Assembly (NCBI RefSeq): GCF_963676685.1
Contig: NC_092349.1
Location: 55,738,001-55,802,000 of the forward strand
DNA length: 64,000 nt
Source of the DNA: Mytilus edulis
Taxonomy: Eukaryota
Reading direction: 5' to 3'
Under the pieces are notes generated by a model. The model made no database searches and was not told the DNA's origin. It saw only the letters and a list, made by a program, of their open reading frames with translations. Within the stretch, counting starts at the first letter, position 1. The number at the start of each line of letters is the position of its first letter. Positions 1 through 14,100 of the stretch are shown piece by piece. The position numbers and the translations under genes were made by a program.

Positions 1-2765
1 ATGGAGCTATTATCTTATTTTTATTTTACAAAATTAAAGCGTTTTAATGTTTTCCTGTTTAATTTGTCTTTTAACACTAGTTAGTAACATTGACAACAAT
101 ATTTTGTGTCAAGATTTTTTTATGTTACATGCAAAGGTATTACTTCCTTAAAGTCAGACATTTATATAACATTTTATAACCTAAATGATTAATTAGATAT
201 TACTGGGCAGCAATTATATTATTTCTCCAAAGTTGACTATTAAGCACACCACTTTCATCTTCTGGTCTTCATGTATGTAACATTGACATACAACCTTTTA
301 CTTTTCTGTCAATGTTACACGCATGAACAGAACTGATAACATTTACTTACTCCTTTGCTCTATAAAGAGATTATTGATAATTTAACTTGTTTTACCACCA
401 TCAAACTTCATCTCTATTTCTAAATATAGATATTCTTTTTAGAAGTGTATTTTCTTCATTGACAACAAAATTGGTGTCAGTCTTGAAATTTTACATGCAA
501 TTTTTAATTAAAAAAATCTACAGGCAATATAAACCTAAGAAAGAAAAAGATGATCAGCAATAAATGTGATGAAGAAAACTCTCAGGAAGATGCTGCAAAA
601 AGATACTGTCCCTGTCAACCAGTCAGATGGTGATGTCCCTGGCAGCCAGACAGATGGTGATGTCCCTGTCAGCCTGGAAGATGGTGATGTCCCTGTCAGC
701 CTGGAAGATGGTGATGTACATATCAGTCAATCAGTTAGTTGGTGATGTTCCTGTCAGTCAGTCAGTCTGTGATGTTCTTGTAAGCCAGTCAGAGGGTAAT
801 GTCCTAGTCAGCCTGGCAGATGGTGATGTTCATATTAGTCTGTCAGTTGGTGATGTTCCTGTCATTCAGTCATATGGTGATGTTCCTGTCAGCCAGTCAG
901 ATGGTGATGTCCCTGTCAGCCAGTCAGATGGTGATGTCCCTGTCAGCCAGTCAGATGGTGATATCCCTTTCAGCCTGTCAGATGGTGATAACCCTATCAG
1001 CCTGGCAGATTATGATGTCTGTGATAGCCAGTCTGATAAGGTCCCTATTAGTGAGTCGGGTGGTGACGGTCCTTTCAGCCAGTCAGATAGTAGTTCTGTG
1101 TCAGAAAACCAGATGATGGTGACTGTCACATGTGTATGCAGACATACTAGTGATCTCCAATTTGACCATTCTACAGCAGTGTAGAAGATAGTTATTTCAA
1201 AATCTTGTTTATTCATCCCTTTTCATTCACCAGTCAACACATGTATCATGTGTATTTACTGATGCTCATTATAGAAATCATGAGGAATTCAATTTGTAAC
1301 ATTTTTTTTTAATTGTTATGCCAATAATTGACATTCCAGAATATCTTTTGCATTACAAGAGGTTCAGGCTCCTTCTGATTTCAAAATAATAATAATAAAC
1401 TCATCATGGATACCAGAATTGAAATTTTGTAGGCCAGAAATGCTTTTCGTTTACAAAAGACTATTCAGTGACGCTAATGAAACAAAAAAGTAAAAGAAGG
1501 CCAAATAAAGTTGAAAACAGGACTATGGTCTAATGGGTGTTGGTTTTCTCTTCTGAATTGTTTTACACTGGTCATTATTGGGCCCTTTAAATTGTGGCTT
1601 CCTGTAGTTTAGGTAACAAGTTTATAGAAGTTATGTAAACGATTGAACATAAGATTCTCAATAAATGCAGCTGTATAAACCTCTCGTAAATTTGTCCATA
1701 TTTTTTCTTGGTTTTTCATACTATTAGTTTTAAGTGTAGCTGTGTCACATGAATGAGGGATACATGTAATCATTTTGTACCCTTACTTTGTCAGTATTAG
1801 TTATTGAGTGAGAAACTTCGTGGATGCTGATGGTTGTGTGGTTGTCTTCTTATCAATCTCATCCCTGTGCATAAAAAAACGGATTGCTTACTTACTGATA
1901 TAAAAATGTTTCATGTTGTGGAAATTTTGGATGACTCCTTCATCAATTGATCTATCTTTGGTCATAATTTTATTTTTCTGGTTATTTTGACATTTGAATA
2001 TCTTTTAATTTAGCCTTCCATAGTGTACCACCATGAACAAGCATAACTACTGGTATAGTTAAAAAAATATGTCTGCTGTCTGAAATTTAGGTGAATGGTT
2101 TTGGTATTAACCACTATTTAAATAATATCATATATGAGAAATGTGGCAGTATAATTGTATAATTTACATTCAGATGGTTGTTTGGAGGCTTTTTATATCT
2201 TTTAAGGTCAATTCTGGCATGGTTCATTATTCATATTTTTTGTGTCCACGTTACATGCAACATTTAAGTCACTATTTTATGACAGAAATGAGATAATTGC
2301 AAAAATATTAATACAATTTTTTAATGTGAGGGTAACACAATGAAAAAGAGCCTTTACATGTTCAGTAAGAAAATGATTCTTACTGTATTTATCTCTTAAA
2401 CATTGCATGTAACATTGACAGAAAAGTAGAGGAAACTTGTTTTCACAAAATTTCTGAAAGAAATGAAAATATACATTTTAGAGTTTTGATGAAAGACAAT
2501 GTTTTGTGATCAATATATATGATGTTGAATGTTGAATAAGTTGAGGAATCATTAATCTCAATTTGGAAAAAGTGTCCATGTTACATGCTCCAAATTCATT
2601 ATTTGCTTTGGTTCCAAACTGACGTAAGTTTAAAAATGATTTTTTTGGGTACTAATAGAAGGACACCATTTGTAGCAATAATTTGTAAAAAATTTAGAAG
2701 CTTATAATGATTTTTATTTTTTTATTACAATGTCACACTAAAGTAGCATTAGCGAATTCCTGCCC
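1..2765. mobile_element. Degenerate DNA transposon remnant, right end only (possibly ISL2EU/PIF-Harbinger related)
   Basis: Recurrent subterminal motifs (gttacatgc; tacttttctgtcaatgttacacgc at ~299-322 inverted at ~2406-2429); sharp end ...gcgaattcctgccc at 2765 followed by an (AT)n run. The superfamily is a guess. Confidence 0.4.
605..1120. repeat. 27-bp minisatellite, consensus gatggtgatgtccctgtcagccagtca, roughly 18 degenerate copies
   Basis: Perfect adjacent units at ~900-960; explains ORFs 627..1184, 820..1116 and 1010..1216. Confidence 0.92.
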
Positions 2766-3254
2766 ATATATATATCGTCTCGTACTTGTGTTTTCGACCG
2801 TCTTACATTTTCCACCTAATTCTACTTTCACTTCCCGTATGCTGCACATGCCTATGTGACTTCATATTTGGCTGCTATACTTAGTAACAATTGCAAATGA
2901 TACCAAGTGTGGTGAAGATTTTTTAAATAAAGTTATTATAATAAGTATTTACGTTTTTTTTATTTGATATCACATTTTTGTACCATTTCACTGATACTAG
3001 TTTTACCTTCCAAAAGAATCAATCTAAAATAAACAAATTTTCTATAAATATGGCAAAGCTCATTTTGCCTGCAAAGTTAACTGCTTCAAGGTCATTTTGG
3101 GAATGTATACTGTTAACGTCAAATTGGTTAAACTTTTACAGCCATTTGTCATGTTTGTCAAAATATCATTATCGTTATTTGTCAGAGGTCTCAAATAAGT
3201 ATTGTTTGCATCATTTTGGAAAAGAATAACCTGTTGTGACAAAATCAGTCGATT

Positions 3255-4498
3255 TTTTGGCTCACCTGCGTTCGTCGTCCGTCGTCGTCTGTCGTCCGTT
3301 GTCGTTAACTTTTACAAAAATCATCTCCTCTGAAACTACTGGGCCAAATGAAACCAAACTTGGCCACAATCATCATTGGGGTATCTAGTTTAAAGAATGT
3401 GTCCGGTGACCCGGCCAACCAACAAAGATGGCCGCCATGGCTAAAAATAGAACATAGGGGTAAAATGCAGATTTTGGCTTATAACTCAAAAACCAAAGCA
3501 TTGAGAGGAAATCTGACAAGGTAAAATTGTTTATCAGGTCAAGATCTATCTGTTTTGAAATTTTCAGATTAATCGGACAATCCGTTGTTGGGTTGCTGCC
3601 CCTGAATTTGTAATTGTAAGGAAATTTTGCTGTTTTTGGTTATTGTCTTGAATATTATTATAGATAGAGATAAACTGTAAACAGGAATAATGTTCAGCAA
3701 AGTAAGATTTACAAATAAATCAACATGACCGAAATGGTCAGTTGACCCCTTTAGGAGTTATTGCCCTTTATAGTCAATTTTTAACCATTTTCCGTAAATC
3801 TTAGTTATCTTTTACAAAAATCTTCTCCTCTGAAACTGCTGTGCCAAATTAATCCAAACTAATGGCCACAATCATCTTTGGGGTATCTAGTTTAAAAAAT
3901 GTGTCCAGTGACCCGACCATCAAATCAAGATGGCCGCCACAGCTAAAAATAGTACATAGGGGTAAAATGCAGTTTTTGGCTTATAACTCAAAAACCAAAG
4001 CATTTAGAGGAAATCTGACAGGGTTAAAATTGTCTATCAGGTCAAGATCTATCTGCCCTGAAATTTTCAGAAGAATCAGACAACCTGTTGTTGGGTTGCT
4101 GCCCCTGAATTGGTAATTTTAAGGAAATTTTGCTGTTTTTGGTTATATTTTTATTATCTTAAATATTATTATAGATAGAGATAAACTGTAAACAGCAATA
4201 ATGTTCAGCAAAGTAAGATTTACAAATAAATCAACATAACAGAAATGGTCGATTGACCCCCCTAAGGAGTTATTGTCCTTTATAGTCAAATTTTAACAAT
4301 TTTCATAAAATTTGTAAATTTTTATTAACATTTTCCACTGAAACTACTGGACCAAGTTCATTATAGATAGAGATAATTGTAAGCAACAAGACTGTTTAGT
4401 AAAGTAAGATGTACAAACACATCACCATCACCAAAACACAATTTTGTCATGAATCCATCTGCTTCCTTTGTTTAATATTCACATAGACCAAGATGAGC
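3255..4498 (+). mobile_element. HINE-like (Helentron-associated non-autonomous) element with ~500-bp internal tandem repeat
   Basis: T-run then ggctcacctg, (cgtc/gtc)n microsatellite, units starting ~3308, ~3807 and partial ~4330, inverted subterminal agatgagc at 4491-4498. Confidence 0.75.
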
Positions 4499-4967
4499 AT
4501 GACAATGCATGATAAGTAAAACATTATAATTACTTCTTTGTCTAACAAAATTTATCTGGCCTAGCTAATGGACCTAGATCTTGTGGTCAATCAGGGAGAC
4601 TACCGGTATATACTGTTTCGAATTTTAAGCAATCAGTTTTGACTTTATTCAAATCCAGGATATTATTATTTTATTGGCTTTCAATAGACTATTTTTATAT
4701 TACCGACTGTTGACTCTGGATTATTATTTTTCAACTGGTTAGCTTGGACATCATGGTAATGTACCAAGTCAGGTAACGAGCAAGCAAAAGAAGTATAACC
4801 AAGCTTTCAATCGGTACAATTTGGGGGAAAATTACCTGCTTGACTTTTTTTTTCACTAAAAAATCATTGGAAAACAGTAAACTTTCCCCATAAATTACAT
4901 TTATGACTTCTATAAAATATCCCAAAAAAGACATCATCTTCAAAAGAAATTGCATCTTTTTTTCCAG

Positions 4968-5144
4968 ACAGGACCAGTTATACCAATGCCTGTACCATCA
5001 AGTTATAATGATGTGACACAAGAGAAATCTTTACGAGACTTCACAGGATGGGTTTGGTATGACAAGGAGTTCTTTTTGCCTCTATCATGGAAAGGACAGA
5101 GGGTTGTGGTTAGAGTAGACAGTGCACGATATTATGCTAAAATG
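4968..5144 (+). CDS. GUSB: GUSB-like exon ([15 protein letters not shown]...YYAKM)
   Basis: ttccag acceptor, gtaggc donor, 177 nt, phase 0-0. Confidence 0.93.
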
Positions 5145-8100
5145 GTAGGCTTAAAAATATTTATATGCAATTCAGTTACATCTATATAGCTATATCATGT
5201 ATTCTACAATGTATAACTAAAACTGGATCTCATGTTTACAGCAATAAAATATGTTAAGGCCCAAACTATTAATACATGTGTTTCTTCTAACTCTACCTAC
5301 CCTAATCTTTAGTGCCTACCCTATATATTTAACACTTATTTTGCCCTTTTGAAACAAGCATTATTAAAGCAGAATGATTCCCTAATAAAGTAATTACCAG
5401 CTAAGGTATGTTTGTAAAATAAAATGATATTACCTAGCTACCCTATTTTTTTCAGCACTATGAAAAGGAAACTATATATATACTATAGGTCAAAGTAGGG
5501 CCCAAAATGAGTAGTGTAAAACAATTCAAACAGGAAAACCAAAGGTCAAATCTACATAGAAATGAGAAAACACTTAATATGAACCTCATTAACAAAGAAC
5601 TACCACTGAACAACAGGGTCCTGACTTAGGACAGGTGCAAACAAATGCAGCTGTTTTAAACGTGATAACAGGCGCCTACAGTCACCTGATCTGAAACAGT
5701 AATGCAATATTCATATATTACAACATTGAAAGATACACTAAAAAATAACAATTAAAATGTCTTAACTTAATCAAAAAGATATACATGATATATTAAAAAA
5801 AAACAATTAAAAACATGCACTGATATATTTTTGGTAATGTGTAACATGTGTAAGTCATTGTAAGTTTTGTAGATAAATAGCATGTAAAACCAACCTAAGT
5901 TTGCAGCCTAAATGAACTTGTTTGATGAATCAGCACTTTTTGTAACTACATATCAAGTTCATTGTACTCTTATCTGTGACAATGAAATCCATCAAGAAAA
6001 GTTTTTTACAAGATGTTTCCTTTTAATTGGAATGAGTCAGAAATTGTTGACAAATATAAGCGAAATCAATATTGAATCAAATTTCATTGTATAATATATT
6101 TATTGTAGTTATTGTACACTAGCTTTGAATGAAATTAAAACTTTAGAGGAAAAAAAAAATAAAATCATTTAGCTATACTTTTTTGTACTTTCAGTGGATA
6201 AATTCTGTGTTTTTAGTTGAACATGAGATGGGACATTTGCCTTTCGAGGCAGAGATACAAGATATTGCAAAGTTTGGATCAGTGAATTATTTAACAGTAG
6301 CTGTTGATAACACATTAACACCCACTACACTGCCACCCGGTGAAATAGTGTATAAACATGGCAAGTAAGTATTCCAATGGTTAATTATTAAATGAAAAAT
6401 GGCTACCCAAACCTTTTCTGTCTGAGATCCATGTTGAATAGGCATCTATATAATATAGGGTAAGTGTAAAGATACATGTACATGGACAATTTGCACTGGT
6501 ACTGCTGTTGAAACCAAGTACAATTTTTTGGTTATACCACTTTTTTCATTTCTATGGTAGAAAGTATACAAAATCATATATTCACTTTCTAAAGTAAAAG
6601 TAAATGCAGTATTTCTTTTTCACAGTAGCTATTGCTAACAATAGGAAGAGTTTCTTTGGGTGTCATTTAATCAGGTTTCAAATCTTCTTGATTCTTGAGT
6701 CTAAACATGCTGAAGGTCTGCATCACCTGATGTCTTCATTATATAAATTATTATTTGAGGTTTCATAGTCTTCCATGTTTGTACTGATTATGCTTTAAAA
6801 AATTGCTATCAGATGTAAAGCAAACAAAACCTCATTTCATCATGTCTACAACTTATCAAACTTGTAATATGATGTACAGAATAACATGTGAGTTGTCGCA
6901 TGGTAACTCTATCTGTTATTTTTATCATTACTGTGGCTAGTTTTTGTCGAGCCTGCAGTTTTTGTTGCAGAAAGCTCGACAAAGGGATAGTGATCTGGCT
7001 TTATATTTTAGAAGGTGGAAGACCTGGATGCTTCATACTATGTATATAGATGCCCCATGTTAAAAAGTTTCCGTCAGTCTAATGTCCAATGTCCTTGACC
7101 TTATTTTCATGGTTCAGTGACTACTTGAAAATAAAGTTAAGACTTTTTGTAAAGTTAAATTCTCTCTTATTATAAGTAATAGGATAACTATATTTTGTAT
7201 GTGCATAGCTTGCAAGGTCCTCATGCATATATATATGTCTGTCATACAGTTTTTACTTGACCTCAACCTCATCTCATGGATCAGTGAACAAGGTTAAGTT
7301 TTGGTAGTCAAGTCCATACCTTAGATACTATAGGCAATATGTATGGTATATTTAGTGTATAAAAGGACTGTAAGGTGAATATGTCCATCCGGCGGGTGTC
7401 ATCTGACCTTGGCTTCATTTTCATGGTTCAGTGGTTATAGTTAAGTTTTTGTGTTTTGGTCTGTTTTTCTTACACTGACTATGCAATAGGTCTACTATGT
7501 TTGATTGTAAGGTGTACATGTGTATCTGCCAGGTGTCATCTGACCTTGACCTCATTTTCATGGTTCAGTGGTCAAAGTTAAGTTTTTGAGTTTTGGTCTT
7601 TTTTCTAATACTATATGCAATAGTATAACTATATATTTGGTGTATGGAAATATTTTATGATCTATATTTCAGTCATGCATGTGACCTCATTTTCACAGTT
7701 CATTGTTCAGGTTCAGTCTTAAGTTTTTGTGTTTTATTCTGTTTTTCTTAAACTATAAGCAATAGGTCAACTATATTTGTTGTATGGAATGATTGTAATG
7801 TGTACATGTCTATCTTCCAGGTGTCATCTGACCTTGACCTCATTTTCATGGTTCATTGGTCAATGTTTATTTTTCTTGGTTAATGTTAAGTTTATGTGAC
7901 AGTTGTAATAAAGCTTTATATTTAGGACAATCAACATAATATCATTGATTAGTAAAGAAGGCGAGACATAACAATGTGTGCACTCAAGATTGTCTTAGTT
8001 AAAACATGGACATATATTATTATTCACATAAGGCGCAAGTGACCTAATTAAACCCCATATATATCGTATAAGGTCATTAGAACACTGTGCAACAAATTTA

Positions 8101-11100
8101 TCTTACCAACTATCTGAACATGTGGTATTCACTGAGACTAGTGATCCATCTTAAATATTCAGAACCTACTTCCATTTGTTTAAACAAAATCAAATGCCAA
8201 CAATAACAACTTGTTTAAGCTTAAATGTTATTTTATGAATTTTTTTCAATCGTTCATAATCAATTTCTTCCCCTGTTAAAAAACCTTTCAGATATTTCCT
8301 CAGCACAGTGTTGTTTTTACAAATAGATGTAACACCACTACCAAACGTGTATTGAAATAAACCATGCCTAGTTAAGCCCCTTATGAAATTTACATTGTCT
8401 CCACACGGTTGCTTTAATTTTGACCAATCATATTCCTAGAAATGTATAGGAGGTAATCATGGTAATATAAAATGTTATACAAGCACATATTAATTAATAT
8501 GATTTTAAGTCGAACAGATAATCTGCTCTGATTTCTATATATATATATTACTGTCTTTATAATTTTGTTTATTTTATTAAAAAAGGAATCGGCATGAATA
8601 TCACTTTTTTAACATTAGAATAACTATACGAAATGATTATGATTAATTTTATATTTTGTAGTTATCCTCCACATTTCTTCATTCAGAACTTAAACTTTGG
8701 ATTTTTTAACTATGCTGGTATAGACAGACAGGTTCGGCTGTATACAACACCACTTGTATATGTATCTGATGTTCGTGTTGTAACAGATTTCACTAATAAT
8801 GGAGGCAAGTTATTATTTACATTTTTTTAATGGGATATAACTCAACCCCTAAAAACAATTACCTCTTCCAATATAATAAAAAGAAGATTGTTTGAGTATT
8901 ACCCTGACTGTATGCAGATGACCTCTTGTACCAGATTTACCTCTTCATATTTTCCTGCTTTATTAAATAAACTTGTAAATAAATTTGCTACAAAACTGAT
9001 TATTTTATTTTCCCTCAGTTACATCATAGATGTATCTATGGTTATGGTGCTTCATACCTGAGGGGGGATAGGACCTTTATCGGGACTCCGGGATGGGGTG
9101 TTTTTAAGCTCGGGATTTCGGGATTGACACTTTCGGTATCCGGGAATTCTTTTTTCGAATTTCGGGACCTCAGGATTTCGTTTAATTTAAGCCCGGGATT
9201 TCAGGATTTCGTGTTTTTAAGCTCGGGATTTCGGGATCAGGACCTCTCTATCCTCCCTCATACCTGCCAACTTTTCAAAATATTTATGGGGATTTTAGGC
9301 CTAAGAAGACCTAATGCTCCTCTTACATAGCCATAAGAGTATTTATCTAATTCTGTGTACTATTGTTTGAATGAGCATACATGTATATGTGGTTAAAACA
9401 ATTTTATACTCATTTAAATGCTGTGTTTAGGAGTTTAAGTTTAGTGAGGTATTGAAAACCACAAAAACAAAATATATCGGTAACCATCTAAAACCACAAT
9501 TGAAACCATGCAAAAAGTTGTTATCTATCACCTTTTTTAATGTATCAAATTGAAATTGTTTTTTTTCCCCTAATGAATTTAGGTTCAAATACTGGTACTG
9601 TCTATTGGACAATAACAACAAACTCTGAAAAGGTCAAAGTTCAGGTGGAAGTTGTTGATGCTGATAGTAACACTGTTGCCATGGGAGAAGGTATCCAAGG
9701 TCAAGCTACTGTTTCAAATGTTAAGCTATGGTGGCCATATTCAATGGTTAAAACTGGAGCTGCCTATATGTATGTATTAAAGGTAAGTTTCTTACCAAAT
9801 GTATAGAGTTGTTTTCTTTGTGAACATTTACTTTCTCAATTAAGAAATAATTCATGGGGGCTTGAATTATACTGATTTTACCACGGGATGGCCCTTTATG
9901 CTAAATATTTTACCATGAGCGACAGCGACAAACATTTTACAAAAGGTTTCTTCTTATATTGTTGCTATTGGAACATGTTAAATATCAGATATATTTTTAT
10001 TCTCTGAAAAACTTGTAAGTTATGTGTCTTATTGAAGTAAGGACAAAGAAGTTTGTTCAAATTAGCTTTAATGAACGGTGATCCCATTTTTATACGACAG
10101 CAAAATTTTTTGCAGTTGTATATTGAACAGATATATCATGTTAAGGAGGGGTATTTGCGAAAAATACCAGTCGAGAGAATGTAAAATTTCACGAACCGTA
10201 AGGCGAGGGAAATTCATTCTCAAGACTGGTATTTTTCGCAAATACCCCTCAAGAACATGATATATCTGTTTAATTACACCGAATGTTAATATACTAAAAC
10301 GCATTGTTGACCGTGACGTTACAAGCGTCCAGTCGGATAGAGTATTTTTTGGCAAATACCACGGCAGAGAGGGTAAAAAAGGCATATCCTTTTAGCAAAT
10401 ACCCCGGCGGCGTTAAAAATGAACGATATTCATTTGATAACAGTAAATTGGTGAAAAATACACTGGCTATCAACCAATCAAAACCCCGGATTCTTACATA
10501 AGGTGTAATTAATATTGGTATCACGTCGTCGTCGTCAGCGTCGTCCGAAGACGGATGGTTTCCGGATAATAACTTTAGTATAAGAAAATTGATATCAATA
10601 AAATTTTAATACAATGTTTATAACTGCAAAAGGAAGCTTGGGATTGATTTTGGGGGTTATGGTCCCTATGGTTTAGGAATTAGGGGCCAAAAGGGGCCCA
10701 AAACAAGCATTTATCTTTTGTCAGGACAATAAGTTGTGTATAAGTATTTCAATTGTTCTGAAATTGTACCACAATGTTTAATACCATAAGTAGAAGGTTG
10801 GTATATATTTATGGGGTTAAGGGGCAAACAGTCTAGGAATAAAGGACCAAAAAGGGGCCAAAAACAAGCATTTTTGTAGTTTCAAGACAAAAAATTGGAT
10901 TTATCTTTCTTTGTCCAGAATGGTTATCGAATCACCTAAAACCAATGCTTTATGAAATTGTCTTTGAAAATTGGAGTTATCTTTCTTTTTCCAGAATAGT
11001 AGTTGAATCAACTTAAATCAATTCTATATACATATACAATGCAACATTCACTTTTACTACCAAATGATAAATTAAAGCAATCTTTACCATTCAGTGCTTA

Positions 11101-14100
11101 CATACATCATTATAGGATTATGCCCCTTTACAAGTGGAAAAATTGAAGATTTTTTTTGTTTCTGTTCTCTTAAGGTGGTATGGGTGTCTTCCGCCATCTT
11201 GGATTGTAAAAAACAGAGAATCTAAGGTCCACATTTTCTATCAAGTTAGCAAAATTTGATACAGGAATGCAGATATTTAATGTGCATTTTCATTTAAAAG
11301 AACCAATTTATAAGAATATAACTTATAGTTATTAACATTTTTACAAGTATTGATTATTTTTGGTTGTTTTTAAAGTTTTTGAATGGGCATTTTAAGGGGA
11401 GGTAATATATTCCCAAAGCATTGTCTGAAGCTATCTTTTCCTAATTTATTTTACAATTCTATCATTTTGTTTAGTGTCTAATCACCAAATGGTGTTTTTT
11501 CCTGTATAATCCATACAAATTGTGTCATTTGGTCACAACCTGTAGCTTGAGAAAATGCGCGGTGACCTATCATTTTTATGATATTTTTGAACATATATCA
11601 ATAGATACTATGTTTTGGCAAAGTATGAACAAATTCTATCATTTTTATTTTAGACTCCCATACCACCTTAACTTAAGTTTGTCTCAACTAAATTAAATGA
11701 AATGTGTATATAATGCTTAATTATTACCTCTAAACTAAGTTGTGTCCATACTTGCCTCCACCGTTCAGGGTTCGACCTCTACGGTCGTATAATGCTACGC
11801 CCTGCGGAGCATCTGGTTTTAATTTATTTTTCTATTAAATATATGATCAAGTTCATTTAAAAAAAGGGATTTATACCTTGAGCCCCCACAAAAACATACA
11901 GGTCTGTTACGTTATTAGTGATGTATTTGTGAAGTCATAACTGTTGATGACATTTTGTTCAAATCTGATTTGTGGCATAATTTATGACAATTTTGCTGGA
12001 AAATTAACAGTTGCAAGACACCTTGCCCAACAGACACATTTTCCTAAAAAAAAAAACTGGACATGAAATATTTTCATATATTTTTTTTAATTTAATTTTA
12101 AGAATTATACATACATGTACATTAAATTTACTCATATAGTTGGAGTTTGAAAATACATTTTACAGGACCATTTATTGGAGTTCCTGGCTCTTCTCCTTTA
12201 AGGACAAAAATGACAACTTTTCAATTGGTATTGGTAAATAACTTCATGTGTGAAAAAAGATAATACACACTGTAGTCATTAGTAGAAAGGTACATACATG
12301 ACATACAGTTTGTCAAATTTGAAATTACCCTGTGTTTAAGATAGCTTTGAATTTAACAATGACTTGCATAAATCAGACTTCGATGAAATATGCAATATAT
12401 TTTTGAATCTTAAGCTTATTCCTTTATACCTGGCCATGGTCATATAAGGTTTTTTCTATACGAAAATGTAGCTAATGCTTTAATAGATAACTATATAAAA
12501 TAGATTAAAAGAAACCCACCAAAATTAAATTTATATTAATGGATAATATATGCATGCATTTACTTTTAAGTTACAAGTTGTGACATGGACACTCATACCA
12601 AATATTCATATACAAAATGTACCTATTTATTAACAGGTTACAGTGAAAGACTCTACAAGTGCATCAACAGATATATATAGACAGCCATTTGGATTCAGGA
12701 CTGTTAACAAAACTAACACACAGTTACTGATTAACAACAAACCATTTTATTGTCATGGTGTGGCCAAACATGAGGATTATGATGTAAGTAAATACAGGGA
12801 AAATGTAAACAATGTGTAGTTGCCTTACTTACAATCATACTACATCTATTTACAATTATAAAAATATTTTTAGGTTAAGATTGCATGAAATGCAATCAAA
12901 ACCTTATAGGACCGACTTGATATCTAAATCTTCCAAGACTTTTACACTACCTTTTTTGATACACAAAATATAGTGCATTGGTCATAACATTCATATTATT
13001 CATATATATACATATAGTCTTCGTCAGGCATTTTGTCAGGGGTTGAATGAAAAAACAGAAACCAGTATTTACAAAACTATTGTGATATTTTATAAGAACA
13101 GATATATTAGCTTTCCATGTACTACCTTCACAGTTACTTTTTTAGTCATGCTAGTGCAGCATTCATAGTTAAAATCTAGTAGAATTAGAAAACCATTGAC
13201 AATGCCATTGATGTATGTGAATATCTATACAACCAAAAGGAACCTTCAAAGTATAGTCATTATCTTTTAAAGGTCAACATTGACTATGAAATTTAGAAAT
13301 TTGGTTACATGATAACTTCTACTTTTATTAAAGAACAATTTCATTAAGAGATATTTTAGATCATGACAGTACAGATGAATTTTCTACTGATCTTTATCAA
13401 AATGGATCAAACAAACAAAAAATGAATTCTAAGGATGAACCTTTTTGGTAGCATTAATAGGCCAAGACCTCATATTTTATAATGGCAGAAGAAGCTTCAG
13501 TTACTGTGGATTCATTTATATTTGTTGGATACCAATTTTCATGGATTTTGTGGGTACAGGTGAACCGCAAAATTAAATCATCAAGGAATGGCAAATTTTC
13601 TATAGTCTTGTGTGCTGACTTCACCAAAACCCCAAAATTAAGTATCCACGAACATGCAAGTTTTCTGTATTCCACTAAAATTGGTACCCACCAAAAATAA
13701 ATGAATCTACAGTATTGTGAGTATATAATATATATGGCCCAGTCCACATTAAAACACTACTCTTTATTCCAGCTTAGAGGTAAAGGTTTGGATATGGTCA
13801 GTGTAGCTAAAGATTTTAACATATTAAAATGGTTAGGTGTGAACTGTTTTAGAACATCCCACTACCCCTATGCAGAGGAAATAATGGACCAAGCTGATCA
13901 GCAAGGCGTTGTAGTAATTGATGAATCACCTGCTATAGGATTAATCTAGTAAGATGTTAGTGTATAAAAATAAGGAGATGTGGTATAATTGCAAATGCGA
14001 CAACTATACAAAAAAACTCAAATGATGTTGTAAGATTTAAATGGCCATATGTGGTTCATTAGTGTTTCTGGTTTTTCGTTTTTATATATATATTAGACCT

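Noticed and set aside
605-1120. 27-bp repeat array as a CRISPR array, or ORF 627..1184 as a standalone gene
   Set aside because: Units are head-to-tail without unique spacers, the context is eukaryotic with no cas genes, and the ORF changes repeat frame midway, so it follows from the repeat.
1-4967. Search for GUSB exon 1 (signal peptide + MLYP..S..RE...LDG.W.F)
   Set aside because: No such peptide seen; it probably lies upstream of the window, though a deleted first exon cannot be excluded.
13947-13949. Apparent premature TAG in the GUSB-like exon
   Set aside because: The G is the first base of the GT donor; splicing gives TA+T (Tyr) in frame with the next exon.
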